Under the pieces are notes generated by a model. The model did not search any database and was not told the DNA's origin. It saw only the letters and a list, made by a program, of their open reading frames with translations. Made by a program: the position numbers and the translations under genes. A stretch of DNA of 58,098 bases, the filler included, from Sphacelaria rigidula (taxonomy: Eukaryota): assembly GCA_964200075.2 (NCBI GenBank). It is 7 parts of 7 records of this genome, joined end to end, with 100 filler letters (N's around TTAATTAATTAA, not from the genome) between each part and the next. Parts side by side here need not be neighbours in the genome. Positions count along the whole stretch, not along the records: positions 1 to 8,215 come from CAXNAA020011890.1; positions 8,316 to 16,529 come from CAXNAA020011891.1; 5 more parts are not named here. The stretch is one strand, 5' to 3'. Within the stretch, counting starts at the first letter, position 1. Every line of letters starts with the position of its first letter. Positions 1 to 11,500 of the stretch are shown here, piece after piece.

Positions 1-80
1 GCGCTCCCTCCCGCCTTTGTAGGCATCCGACGCCCACTGTCCTACGCCCATCGCATGCATGATCATGAGTACACCCCCCC
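1..80 (+). repeat. Degraded copy of ~80-bp structured repeat family (contig edge)
   Basis: Ends in GCATGCATGATCATGAGTACACCCCCC, as does the copy at 30392-30475. Confidence 0.7.
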
Positions 81-804
81 TCCCCACCCCACCCCACCCC
101 ACCCCACCCTCGGGTCAAGCTTGTACAGTAGTCTCGAGATACCGATCAGCCCATCATCTATCTCCCTTGATTCGTGTCTCGAAGCTCAATCATTCTCGAG
201 CCTTGGGTCAGCACCTTCAGCTTCCGTCGGACTATGCCGTGCTGTGCTGTGTTGCCTCGTGCTCGGATGCAGAGTCGCGCTTCAAGTGACGCACATCCAG
301 GCTAAGAAGGGCAGGACATCTGCTACCATGCGTGTCACTACAGCCGAGGCAGCTAAACACGAAAAAACCCAGGAGGTGTGTCAAGGGGTCACACCAAACC
401 GCTCAACCACTCGGCCAGCGCTGGCTGCTAACTGAGAGTGACTCAATGTTGCTACTGTGACATCTCAAGCAAAAGTTAATCCCGGTGCCCGTCCCAGCTG
501 TTAAGCCTACAGTTCGAACTCCCGCTTCGCCCAAGGGTTATCATCCCTGTATCCAACGCCACCACCATGAATTAATTGTACTCACTCTGGCCTAGCGCAT
601 TTACACAACAGAGTCACCGCAGTGTGATCGTCTCTATTCCCCTATCGTACGACGGGCGGTCCTGAATAATGCGGACGAGTTTTCTATCGGAACAAACTGA
701 GGTCGGAATTGTTTACAGTATCGCATCCGGTACTCGGCAGAGGTGAAGGCATGGTCGTCCCGGTCCCATTTTTTTTCAGGATTCCGTGTTAAAAAGAAAG
801 AGGC

Positions 805-1490
805 CCCGAGAACGATCGTGGAGAGAATCGACCCAGGAGGCTTGCTTTGTTTGGTCAAGATTTCACAATGGCCACTGTGTCAGCGCTGACGGAGTGATTC
901 CGTGGTTATTGTGAATATTAGCGATAAAAGTCGAGGCTGTAAACATAACATGGGATCTTACAAATTGGGGACGGATGTTTTATTGGGGATGAGAAACCCG
1001 AAGAATTAAGATCTTCGTATCCACACCAAACCTTCGAAATATGGTTCCATTTTTTACCTACTGATAGCTATTGACACCTGCTACACGTCAAAGAAATTTG
1101 GATTTCGATCACGGAAATGTTGCGGCCCTAGGTGAAAAACCATTTTCGGAACCATTTTGGCGTCCGTTCGGACACCCAGAATTCCCCAAAATTGGTTTTT
1201 CACCGAGGACCCCAACATTTCGGTTATCGAGACCCAAATTTGTGTGACGTGTAGTAGTTGTCAAAAGCTATTAGTAGGTGAAGAAATGGAGCCATATTTC
1301 GAAGATTTGGTGTGGATACGAAGATTTTAATTATCCGGGTTTCTCATCCCCAATAAAAGATCCATCCCGGATTTGTAAGATCCCGTGTTTGTAGGCTTAA
1401 CGGCTCTGACGGTCACCGGGAATAAGTTTCGTTGTGACGTGTCAACAAAAGCTACTCCCGAGAATCGATTCCACCCACGATCGTTGTTGA
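805..1490. mobile_element. Long imperfect palindrome (foldback/MITE-like element)
   Basis: ~945-1160 is the reverse complement of ~1170-1392 (e.g. GGGATCTTACAAAT / ATTTGTAAGATCCC; CGTATCCACACCAAA / TTTGGTGTGGATACG). Weaker symmetry extends outward (AACGATCGTGG / CCACGATCGTT). Confidence 0.8.
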
Positions 1491-1599
1491 CCAATTTCTT
1501 GATGATAAGGCAAACACGGAAGAGCATTCCGCGGTGACCCGGTACAAGCAACGAATCCTGCATGCGTTTCTTTTTCTTAGTCTACTCTGTTTTGACTGT

Positions 1600-1728
1600 T
1601 CTACATATTTTCTGTGCTCTCTCACTTTTCTTCAGCGAGTGTTTCAGTTTGTTGTTTGTCTCGAGTACGTCCATCATGTAGACAATGACCTGGAGGATTA
1701 CTGTAAATGCGACAATCAATCATTCAAT
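1600..1728 (+). repeat. Dispersed repeat ending in (AATC)n; probable non-LTR retroposon 3' end
   Basis: Related copies lie at ~8670-8800 (minus) and ~25030-25150 (plus). Shared pattern: CGAGTGTTTC...TC(T/C)ATCATG...G(C/G)GACA(A)TCAA tail. Confidence 0.6.
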
Positions 1729-3248
1729 CACGGTTCGGACGAATCAGAGTTCATACGTATTGACCCCCAATGAATGTTGAATGCGAATCATGTACCAAAG
1801 AGCCATCCGGTATGAATCACGGATGGTGAAGTTGTATGTTTAAGGTTATACCGCACGAATCGCGAACTGGGATCGTGTACACGCCAAGTAGTATCAGACG
1901 AACCAAGAGTGCAAGATATACACGAATCACACTTCCTGTATGAATCTTTGGTGGGAAATGTGTACACTTTATTCGTCTTGTATGAATCGAAGGTGGGGAG
2001 CATGTACGTACAATTTATGCTGCATGAAGGGAGATAGGGGAAAATGTGCGCTTGATTCACCTCGTACGGATGGAAAGCTAGAACATGTATGCACGATTCA
2101 TGCTGCGTGAACATATATTGGGAAAACATGTTCGTGTGATTCACCTCGTATAAATGGAAGGTGGGAAACGTGTATCTATGATTCATGCTCACGAACGCAA
2201 GGTGGAGAACACACACATGGCTTTCGTGATTCATGCTGTATGAATCATTGGAAAATAAACAGCTAGAAGAATCACTGTAGGCGCGCAAATGTGTGTTGTG
2301 CCATGCTGTACCGTACTGTCCGCGGACTGCAGAGTACGCTGCTAGAGTTTTCCTGAAAACTCCCGCAAGCATGCGAGGACAACTCGTGCTAGTGCGGTGT
2401 TCTCCGCAAGTGTTCGTGGTATTGTATACAGTATGTTCAGGTCAACCGACTACAGAACACAACATGAAACCATGATGGCTGTCAATAACATCACTCGGGG
2501 GGGGGGGGAACTGGCTACAGTATGTGAAAAAAACGCTCTGGACACGCAGACGCGTTTGTTGTACTGCGTAGTTGATGTGTTCTGTGTGAGTACAAAAATT
2601 GAAATTGGTTTTATCGCGGATTTGGCTCTCGAGTGCTCCACGACCTGTACGCTCTCATTTGCTTGCCCGACCTGCAAAAAGGTCGCGTCGCCGAAGAGTC
2701 GCGCTCCATGAAATGACAGGTGGGAGACAAAATGTTCACAAGATTTATATAATATGAACAAAAGGTGGAGAACACATACGCATGATTCGCGCTGCATAAA
2801 TGAAAAGTGGGAAACATGCACACTCGGTCCATCTCGTATGAATGGAAGGTAGGCAGCATGTACGCTTGATTCGTCGCTCGTATGAAAGGAAGGTGGGGAA
2901 CATGTACGCATGATTTATGCTGCATGAGCGGGATTTGGAATATATATATGCTTGTTCATCTCGTATGAACGGAAGGTGGGGGTACGTGTGCCCATGATTC
3001 ATGCTGAATGAATGGAAATTGGGAAACATGTACCTATGATTCACGCCATACGAGTGGAAGGTAGAAAACGTGTACCTTCGACGGTGTAACGCATGAATCA
3101 CGAACTGGGAATGTGTACACTGAAGGTGGTGTCGTACGAATCACGCACCCAAAATATGCACAAATCATAACTTGTGTACGGATCGTATGATTGGCGCGTC
3201 CAAATGTCGAATGTGATTCAAATCACCATTTTGTTCATCCGAATCGTG
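1729..3248. mobile_element. Non-autonomous TIR element, 8-bp TSD (P-element-like CANRG termini), with internal ~42-bp tandem units
   Basis: TIRs are CACGGTTCGGACGAA and TTCATCCGAATCGTG. Flanks are CATTCAAT (1721-1728) and CAATCAAT (3249-3256). Internal units alternate GATTCACC.. and GATTCATG... An unrelated block interrupts it at ~2270-2710. Confidence 0.75.
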
Positions 3249-3657
3249 CAATCAATTCATCGATCAATCAATCGATCAATCGATAGTAGCAACGTTGGTT
3301 ACAGAGATGATAACCTTGGGTAGAAGCGGGAGCTCGAACGATATGCTGAACAGCTTCTACTGACACAGGGATTACCTTTTCTGAAGACGTCGCAATAAGC
3401 ACTCAGCCGCTCGGTGGTCACGCACGGTGATTATTGCGATAACAGCTAGTCCTCAGATTTCATTTTCCCCACGGATAAATGTAGAAGAGCACACTTTACC
3501 GAGGTTAGCAAACCCCCTCGCACGGACATGCGGTAGCGCCCCCCTTTACAGACACCACTCCAAGAGAACATGCACCCCTCTTTTTTTTCGCGCCAAAACG
3601 TGCAGTAATTCCCCCAACCACGCCCTTGATTGTCCCGAACCTGTTATTAACACGAGA

Positions 3658-4050
3658 TTTTGAAAAATGGAAACGAACTTTTCGTGTGGGAATGAAGAAC
3701 TAAACAGTGTTTGGAGTCATGGGAAATGGTACCCCTCGGAAACACCCGCGAGGGGATTCTGAGGGAAACGAACACCCTCAGCCTTGTGGCATGCACGACC
3801 GGCATACCTGGAGTGAAGAATACCGGTAGATGTCGGGGTCAGTCAGGCAGATGTACCAGGTAAATCTTGCTTCAACCTCGTAGACTCGTTTCCAAGTCTC
3901 CAAGGTGAAGGCCTCCGGAGGGTTCAACCTTCATTTCCCAAAAAGGTATCTTCGAAGGCGCGGTTAAGGGTCACCATTTTCCCCAATTCCGAACACCTAC
4001 CCCCCCTCTTTTTTTTCCTCATACAAGAAGGTTTGTTCCCACTTTTCAGA
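3658..4050. mobile_element. Degenerate inverted-repeat element (old MITE)
   Basis: TTTGAAAAATGGAAACGAACTT..GTGTTTGGAG..GGGAAATGGTACCC mirrors the reverse complement of GGGTCACCATTTTCCCC..TTCCGAACAC..GGTTTGTTCCCACTTTTCAGA. Confidence 0.55.
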
Positions 4051-4824
4051 CCCCCCTGTTTCTTACTATATGTCATTTTTCAAACGCGATTTGTTTCGAC
4101 GGCGACGATATGTGGTGCTCATGAATGTTACTGACAGGTAGCTCTGCATCGTTGAGAAAGATCTCCTTGAAAATTGTCGACGCAGTGGATACTGTTGAAG
4201 CACACACAGTCTTACGTTTACAAAGTTACAACGCTGTATTGGTGTGTATTTAGTGACGTATTTTTCGGTTTTCGCCGATTGTTCTACGAACCGCTTGTCT
4301 TTTTCGGCAATGTCGTGACGTCACGTATTGCCCCCCCTGTAATCCTAAAAACATGCTACATGTACACGATTCACCACACGGGACTTGAGATATTGCAGGT
4401 TGCTTCCAACGTATGAAAGGTTAGCCAAGTACCTTTTGAAAATCGGCCAAACCATATCTGGGCACAGGTGACCTGACAATTATGTCACGGTAGTTCCAGA
4501 CGGTAATCGAATGTAATTAGTTGTTTGTCTCTTGGAAGATAGACCTGCTCCTTCGACAAAGAATGCTGGCTAGGTATATTGTCGCTGCTCGGAAAGCTCT
4601 GAGCTTGGTAAAAAAAAAACAAGGAAATTTTGCGGCATTCCCACGTTTGGCTACGTGATGTAGGCGCGATACTTGAAAAAAATGAAGAAGTTGACGAACG
4701 GTCCGCACACGGACATGCCTCGTAGCAACCCTGCACAAATGCACGGCGAGGGGTGTCGCCTTGTTTTGCCACAAGGCGCCATAACTGTTTTTGGAACACT
4801 ACAGTACAGCACTACTACTTACAG

Positions 4825-4854
4825 CTGGATGACGCAGCGGCGCGTCGCTTGGAA
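4825..4854 (+). CDS. Candidate micro-exon of a coiled-coil protein (LDDAAARRLE)
   Basis: Boundaries cttacag| and |gttcgg. It is 30 nt, phase 0-0, compatible with the exon at 5523. Confidence 0.4.
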
Positions 4855-4951
4855 GTTCGGGCTTACGGAGAGCTGTGGACTAGTATGAACTGTGTAGCGT
4901 TGCTGCCTTCGCCAGGAACACAAACGCGGTCATGCACTTACACGTATGATG

Positions 4952-5157
4952 GCGACGACGACGACGACAACAACAACAACAATAACAACAGCAGCAGCAG
5001 CAACAACAGCAATGATGATAACAATATACTACCACTACTACTAGTACTATTATGAGTACTAATGATGATGATATTAATAATGAAAATAACGATGGCAAAA
5101 ACGGCAATAATAGTGAAGATAGTAACAGAAACGAAAGCGATTATGAGGTTGCTGTCG

Positions 5158-5201
<44 letters not shown>

Positions 5202-5225
5202 GATGATGATGATGATGATGCCGAT
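4952..5225. repeat. Compound trinucleotide microsatellite (GAC/AAC/AGC/AAT/GTT/GAT)
   Basis: Directly visible; source of the poly-N/V/L/C ORFs in the track. Confidence 0.95.
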
Positions 5226-5522
5226 GATAATAGCGGAAATAATGCTCAAACATATATCAACCACAAGCCAAAATCCTCAGTATCAAATCAATCTCAGGGC
5301 AATATAAGAAAGTATCCAACTCGACGGAACGTCCAATATCAGCCAGGGTCCCGACAAAGTGATATAAGCACAATGTGATTTAGCTACTTCGACTAAGGTA
5401 TCGGTTCATCGGTAAATTGCTTGACTGCTTCGTTGCCCTAACTAAACGCTTCGACTGATCCATGGGTTGAGTTGTTGATAGCTCGATTGATTAATGGGTT
5501 GCCGTGAACGGTCTCCTTGCAG

Positions 5523-5579
5523 GTGCTGGATATTGAAGAGGACCTGAGAAAAGAGGAGGCGATATCCATGGAGTTGGAG
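5523..5579 (+). CDS. Internal exon of an unknown coiled-coil protein (VLDIEEDLRKEEAISMELE)
   Basis: Acceptor tctccttgcag| and donor GAG|gtaaat. It is 57 nt, phase 0-0, and encodes a charged helical sequence. Confidence 0.65.
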
Positions 5580-6458
5580 GTAAATCACAAAATACAAAGC
5601 TGGGTGCGCAGTGTACAATAGTTTTGAAACCCTCGGTATTTTTTATCTTCCTCAGCAGCTAACCTTTTCTCGTTTTTGTATGCAATGAATAAATTGTCTC
5701 GCGGCTGAAGAAGCTCGCGACTCGCCACAGTGCGTCGGGATCAGAGATGCAAAGACTCTACTACGCTGTACAGTAAACAAGGAGATATTTGATTGAGATG
5801 GGTGTTCGACAGTGGTACGAGGGGGCACGTACTGCCACATACAGTATACATAAATCGTAGAATGACAATGCGGGCAGGCCATGACGACAACGATACCCCC
5901 CTTCTATTTGCTGCCAAAAGAGTGTAGTCATTTTCCTGTGGATCCGTGCGAGTCAATGCGAACGTTCGTGACTTGTTTTTCAAGGTACAAAAACGTCTGC
6001 ATTAAAGATCTCGATCTCAAAAACATTGGCACAAAAAGAGCTAATAGGCGTGCTTGGAATAGAAAACTCATGCAAAATAAACATGAGAGGATAGTCTGAC
6101 CAGGACAGGGGGCGGCTGTTGCCATTCTGTTGTCATTCTGTCACCACTCTGTTGGGTTGGACTGGATTGGCCAACTAGATCCTGGCTTTACTTTTGCGTA
6201 TGCATAAACGTACGCTTGTGCTTCACCGTGCCGCGGGTGTAGTCCAGTACGATTCCACGGTGTGTATCGCTGTAGGGGGCAACGCAACACAACAACAGGG
6301 GCTCAACAGAATCGAAAGTCAGAAGAATATGAGAAGCATCTTACGCACACACACGGGGAAAGTTATTGAAGAGAAGATCTCGTGTGTACAGTGCCACGCC
6401 CTCTGTTGTGGTCATTGTTTTGCACCTGGCTGGTTGTGCGCGTTTTTGGATGCGTCAG

Positions 6459-6535
6459 GCATTGCTCTCTGCAGCAAAGGGTCACGAGGCATCGCTGGAA
6501 CAAGCCATGCACGACCTGTCGGCAGAACGAGCGAG
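6459..6535 (+). CDS. Internal exon of the same coiled-coil protein (ALLSAAKGHEASLEQAMHDLSAERA)
   Basis: Acceptor gcgtcag| and donor AG|gtatgc. The phase-0 start joins the previous exon in frame. Confidence 0.6.
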
Positions 6536-6592
6536 GTATGCGCAAACTGATTGGTAAATATATAGGTACATGTGCGTTGTTGTTGCTGTTGC

Positions 6593-6626
<34 letters not shown>

Positions 6627-6649
6627 GCTGTTGTTGTTACTGTATTGAA

Positions 6650-7017
6650 GCCGGTCGCCCCGGTGGCTCGGTTGGTGATCTCGAAACCTTCGGACGGTCG
6701 GGTCGTGGGTTCGAATCTCGGAGCGATATGGGATTTTTTTCTCATGCCCCAACAGTGGAGGGCGGCTATGTGGCGGGTACACAAGATTCGACTGAATGGT
6801 CGACGGGGGAAATGGACTGCTGAACCCCTCTCGCGATAAAAAATGAAGGCAAACACCGGAGAAGGAAGGTGGAAAACTAAAACAAACAAACAAACAAACG
6901 AACAAACAAGAAAGAACTCCTGTGTTGGCCTCCGTCCAGTGTGACCCCGGCTGGTGCGCCCACATGTACCGAAATGTGTAGACCAGCGCCCAGAATAGAT
7001 GGGACGACAACACACAC
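6650..7017 (+). mobile_element. tRNA-derived SINE inserted in a (GTT)n microsatellite
   Basis: A-box-like TGGCTCGGTTGG and B-box GGTTCGAATC, a ~300-bp body and an ACAC tail. Homologous copies lie at 26502-26858 and 33258-33330. Confidence 0.85.
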
Positions 7018-7038
7018 TGTTGTTGTTGCTGTTGTTGC

Positions 7039-7069
<31 letters not shown>

Positions 7070-7506
7070 ATTGTCTTGCCGTTGAAAACCGTTCCGATCT
7101 CTCCGCAGTACCTTCTCAGACCTGTCCTGAGCATCCGATACGGACGTTTTTCGCGGTCACCGGCTCACTACCCAGAGTGGAGTACAGTATTAAGGACAAT
7201 GAGGATGAGAAAAGAAGAGGACCCGAAAAAATCAACACAGACGCGATATGGTAAAAAGAAGAAACGATGATGACCGCAGAAGATCCGATGCCGCAGGCGA
7301 CCATTCGCTGTTCACTTAAAGTGGATCACTGCGGCAGCTGAGTGTTTGCCGACCACAGAGTACACAACGTGGAAAGGAAAAAAGGTATAGCCAGTGTAGT
7401 TGATGGATACAATAAATACCCTGCTGGAACAGACTGCTCGACCTAATTTGACGTTCAGCTCACCTTTCACGCCCCCTAACTCTACTCTTTTTTGTTGCCC
7501 CCGGAC

Positions 7507-7575
7507 CATCTCGAAAGGGATGCGCGCTCAATGGTCAGTCGGCTAGGGCAAACAACACATGAGTACGCCCCCCTC
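7507..7575 (+). repeat. Copy of ~80-bp structured repeat family
   Basis: CATCTC-GAAA-GGGATG...TGGTC-AGTC-GGCTA...ATGAGTACGCCCCC. Confidence 0.85.
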
Positions 7576-8215
7576 CCCTCCCCTGAAGCTATACCCTCAC
7601 GAGACTCGAGGTATTTCCCCGCTCATTTCGAAATCGAGTAGCAACAAACCGGGCTCATTTGAAAGTTCCCGCTCATGAGTGACATACATGTCTTGATCTC
7701 TTGACATACCACCCACCCTGCATGCCAGCATCTTTTCCGTCTAGGTAGATACTGAAATACCCAACCTCGCAGCCAAAGCCCTCGGCAAGGAGGTCACACT
7801 CTGTAAGAGTATACTCAGGAAGTAAAAAAGCGCGCCAAATGGTGAGCACACATACGCAACAGCCATCGCGGCTCTCCCCGTGGTGAAACTGGCACAACAG
7901 CGGCCAGTCGGGGGGATGGACTTCGGTTTGGGATCCCGACAGGCGGGTATGTTTACAGTGATCCTTTTACGGATGGTTTGGTTTCTGTCGCGCTGAAAAG
8001 CAAGCATCGAGACGTGCGAAACAAATTAAAATCATTCGGTGAGCGTCGACGGTTTGTGGGCGTGCGAAGAGTCATCACCCATAAACCAACACTAGATGAT
8101 TACCTGTTAGTCGGGTAGCGGGGGAGAAAGAGTCTGATCCCCTTAGAGTTCGGATTCGTCTTCAACACCAGCGCGGAGGGGAGGGGGGGGGGGGGGGGGG
8201 GGGGGCCACTCAATG

Positions 8216-8315
8216 NNNNNNNNNNNNNNNNNNNNNNNNNNNNNNNNNNNNNNNNNNNNTTAATTAATTAANNNNNNNNNNNNNNNNNNNNNNNNNNNNN
8301 NNNNNNNNNNNNNNN
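8216..8315. other. Artificial contig linker N44-TTAATTAATTAA-N44 (junction 1 of 6)
   Basis: Exactly 100 nt. The identical linker recurs every 8314 nt, and the core gives stop codons in all six frames. Confidence 0.97.
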
Positions 8316-8380
8316 AAAGGGATGCGTGGTCAAATGGTCAAACGACTAAGGCAAGCAACAAATGAGTACGCCCCCACCCC
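8316..8380 (+). repeat. Copy of ~80-bp structured repeat family (contig edge)
   Basis: AAAGGGATGCGTGGTCAAATGGTCAAACGACTAAGGCAAGCAACAAATGAGTACGCCCCC. Confidence 0.9.
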
Positions 8381-8395
8381 CCCCCACGGGCTTAC

Positions 8396-8574
8396 CAAGG
8401 GAGAGAACTTGTGCTTCGACACGTCTCGCTCGCTTTGCTCCCAGTCGTCAGAAGGCTCTACCAGCTTGGACCTCTGGCTGCGGAACGACGGTGAGGTGTA
8501 GAGCTGAATGAAACGCATCGAGCCCCGACCCCTTGCCCCACGCGCGCTGTTGCCACGCCCGAGGACATCATTCA
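8396..8574 (-). CDS. Internal exon of an unknown protein (NDVLGRGNSARGARGRGSMRFIQLYTSPSFRSQRSKLVEPSDDWEQSERDVSKHKFSPL)
   Basis: Minus-strand acceptor aaaacaaaacaaaaacag| and donor TTG|gtaagc. It is 179 nt with only one open frame (phase 1-0). Confidence 0.65.
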
Positions 8575-11500
8575 CTGTTTTTGTTTTGTTTTTGCAGGGG
8601 GAAAAGAGGAGGGAAAAGTTGACGAAAGACATAACGTCAAGGAACAAAAAAATGGTTCTTCGGTGGGTTCATTGACTTGATTTGATTTTGATTGATTGTC
8701 GCACTTCAACTGATGACCCATGGATCCAGCCGTGGTTGCATGATAGACTGCACGAGAAAAGCAAAACCGAAACACTCGTTTAAGAGAACGAAGCAGCAGA
8801 AAAAAGTCGAACAGAACGACATAGTAGACCAAGACGTCATTAAAAGAAAAGAAAAGAAAAGAAAAGAAAAGAGAAGAAAAGAAATAATCAACAAAAGCAA
8901 AGCACAAAAAGAGATGGCCGTTTGTAAAAAAAAAAGAGGAATAAAATAACGTGGGTGGATGGGGGGTAACTCATGAATAAGCTTAGTGTACGTGCATCGG
9001 TTATCCGACTCATATATATATATATATGGGAAGGGAGTGGCTACCTGTGCTAATATGTCGATTTCGCAACAGATCTTCGTGTTGTTGTTGTATATAAAAA
9101 ATGTGTGTGCAATTGGCAAACACTCCTCTGAAGAAAGAAACGTACACGTCATGTTCACGCACACTCAGGGCACGTCAGCAGCAGACGGGTATAAACCAAC
9201 TTCCCGAGGTCACTCAATACCGACGCGAAACGCTGATGAACACTCGACGGGCTCATAAATTATTCTTTCATGTGCTGGGATACATGATCAATTGTAGCAA
9301 AAATAGTTTGTTTGACGAGACTTGTCGACGCGGTGCGTGGATGTCAGTCATGATCCAACCCGCGATACCGAGGTTTGAGGCGTGTACCGGGGGCCGGAAA
9401 TTAGGTTGAAACCCGCTCAGACCAAGGTCTCGTCCTGACGAAGGGGAGAAGCGTAAAAGAGTGACGAAAAAAGGGGAAAAAAACTGCTAGTATCTTCATC
9501 TCTCCATTTTTTTATTGACCACTTCGTGTATCTTTGAAACGACGAGAAGATGTCTACAGAGGAATATACCTTTTTTTCGCCGGCCAGAGGTTAATATATT
9601 TAAGCCTACGTTATTGTTCACATATCTTTCGCGTGTGTTGAGGGTTGTCACACCGACAATCCTCGCAGAACGTTTTCCCGTAACTCTGAGGGTTCTCTTC
9701 CGATGGAGACCGTATTCCGATAGTGCAGGACAACGCGCAACACATACAACTTCATCTCAGTTAAACCGTGGCAAGTAACTCACATGCAGCACCTTCATCG
9801 CCTGTAGTAAATAAATTCACCCGGATCGCCTTCTCAGACCCTTGTATCTGTAACGTCTGCTTGCTATGCTGTCACCCTCCATCACCTAACTGGTCCCTTA
9901 CCGTTTCCATGACTCCCGTGTTGGCTACTCACCTTCAAGCGATCTTTTATCTAGTCGCATAGATCAGGGCAAGGAGTCGAGCCCTTGCTATATCTCTTTT
10001 TCGTAAAGGGACTTCTCATTATTTATACCTCATCTCACTGGTGCCGTCAAACTGAAAAGGGGATGAACTCTCTCTATGGGCTCTTGTGGCGTTTCTTTTC
10101 CTCCTTTTCCCATGTATCCGGTAGTGTCCACACAGTGGTGTATTGACGTATGCTCTCTCATCACCAGTACTTCTCCAGGTATTACCGAAACACAAGACTG
10201 CACCTTTCACAAGTGCGCGTGTCACACGAGAGCCATGGCGGAGTAGGCCATGGGCATGACGAGTACACACACGCACACACAGATTGATGACCGCGAAAAG
10301 TTCAATATGCGAACAACCGGCCGACGCAGTGGTAGTCGAGACGTCAAGCTTATGAGTAATATCGCACAGATCAGGCGCAACCATTAACTGGTACGCTCTT
10401 GTGTGCTTTTTCACACACATTCCGGGTTACCATTATCCTTGCCATGCTGCTTCTAGACGCAGACACGAACCGTACAGAGCCTTTGCGTGCTCGCCGCATC
10501 TACCCAAATATCAGGAATATCACACAGAGCAAAGAAAGGAACAATAGGAGGAAAACGACCGAGGCTCAAAACGTCGACTTCTGCGAGGCCTGCACAGCGC
10601 GCTTTGCGGTTCAACGGTCAAAAATATCGAAAAACGCCCCCACCCCCCCCCCCCCCCTGCGCCACCTCAACGCCACCATTCAGCAGCAGCACCAACGCTA
10701 AGTGCGCCCAGGATTCCCTCAGCAACCCAGCACTTCACTAAGTGCCTACCCTGGCAATGAAAGGGTTACAGTAAACTGAACCTTGCGGGATCCAGACGTG
10801 GTCACCAGACATACGTGTTCAAGGTATCAACAAAACGGGAACATGCGCGGAAGGAAACTAGACAAAGTTGAAGACAAGGAAAGAGATACGTTGGAGTGCG
10901 CTGAACAAGACCCGCGCACTCATTTCGTTCTCCACGTTGGGTGGAAAAAGTTAGGATCAGTGACGCGCAAGATAGAAGGCGCCGGAGAAAACCGTCAACG
11001 TACACAACTTAGAAACAAACAGACAGTACGCGATCCATGCTTTATAGGCAGATCATCATCCGGTAAAAAAAATCACTCGCAGGATATAAAGAAACTTTTG
11101 CTTGTCGGTCGGAGACGTCCAATCACTACTTCGTCCTGTCATCTTTTTGCCACAAGTCACTACTAATGTGCAGTACACCACTTGGCTACAAATTCCGTGT
11201 ATGTAGCGCACAGGGCACTTTAATGCCATCACTGCCTTCACCTCATCTGCATTGTATGACTGCATTAGGACGTCAGCAATTTTTCAGTCGGAATAACTCT
11301 CCGTGGGCGCAGACATCGCATAACATCTACAATACATGAGAGTTGTAAGAAGGACCAAGCAGGTTGCTGCTTTCGTTACAGAACACCCCCTGTACAAAAT
11401 AAATGATGGTATTTGACTGGTTCTGCCCTCGGGTCAGATCGGAATATGTTCATTCCCAGCAGGTGGTCCGTGTTCATGTTCAACCTTCTGGCACCTTTGA

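Noticed and set aside
1788..3101. His/Tyr/Phe-rich repeat-protein ORFs
   Set aside because: They arise from the ~42-bp tandem units inside a MITE, in inconsistent frames.
6650..6725. tRNA gene
   Set aside because: No proper acceptor stem or terminator, and it is followed by the same ~300-bp body wherever the copy is complete; it is a SINE head.
4753..7270. Poly-N/L/V/C/T ORFs in the track (likewise at 46672-46963 and 57027-57624)
   Set aside because: They are translations of microsatellites and SINE sequence.
8260..8271. Periodic TTAATTAATTAA motif as a biological repeat or piggyBac target array
   Set aside because: Always centred in N44 pads with exact spacing; it is a six-frame stop linker.
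7741..8574. Splicing exon 8396-8574 to a terminal exon 7741-7800 (SVTSLPRALAARLGISVST*), which fits in phase
   Set aside because: The intron would cross an artificial linker between separate contigs, so the fit is coincidental.
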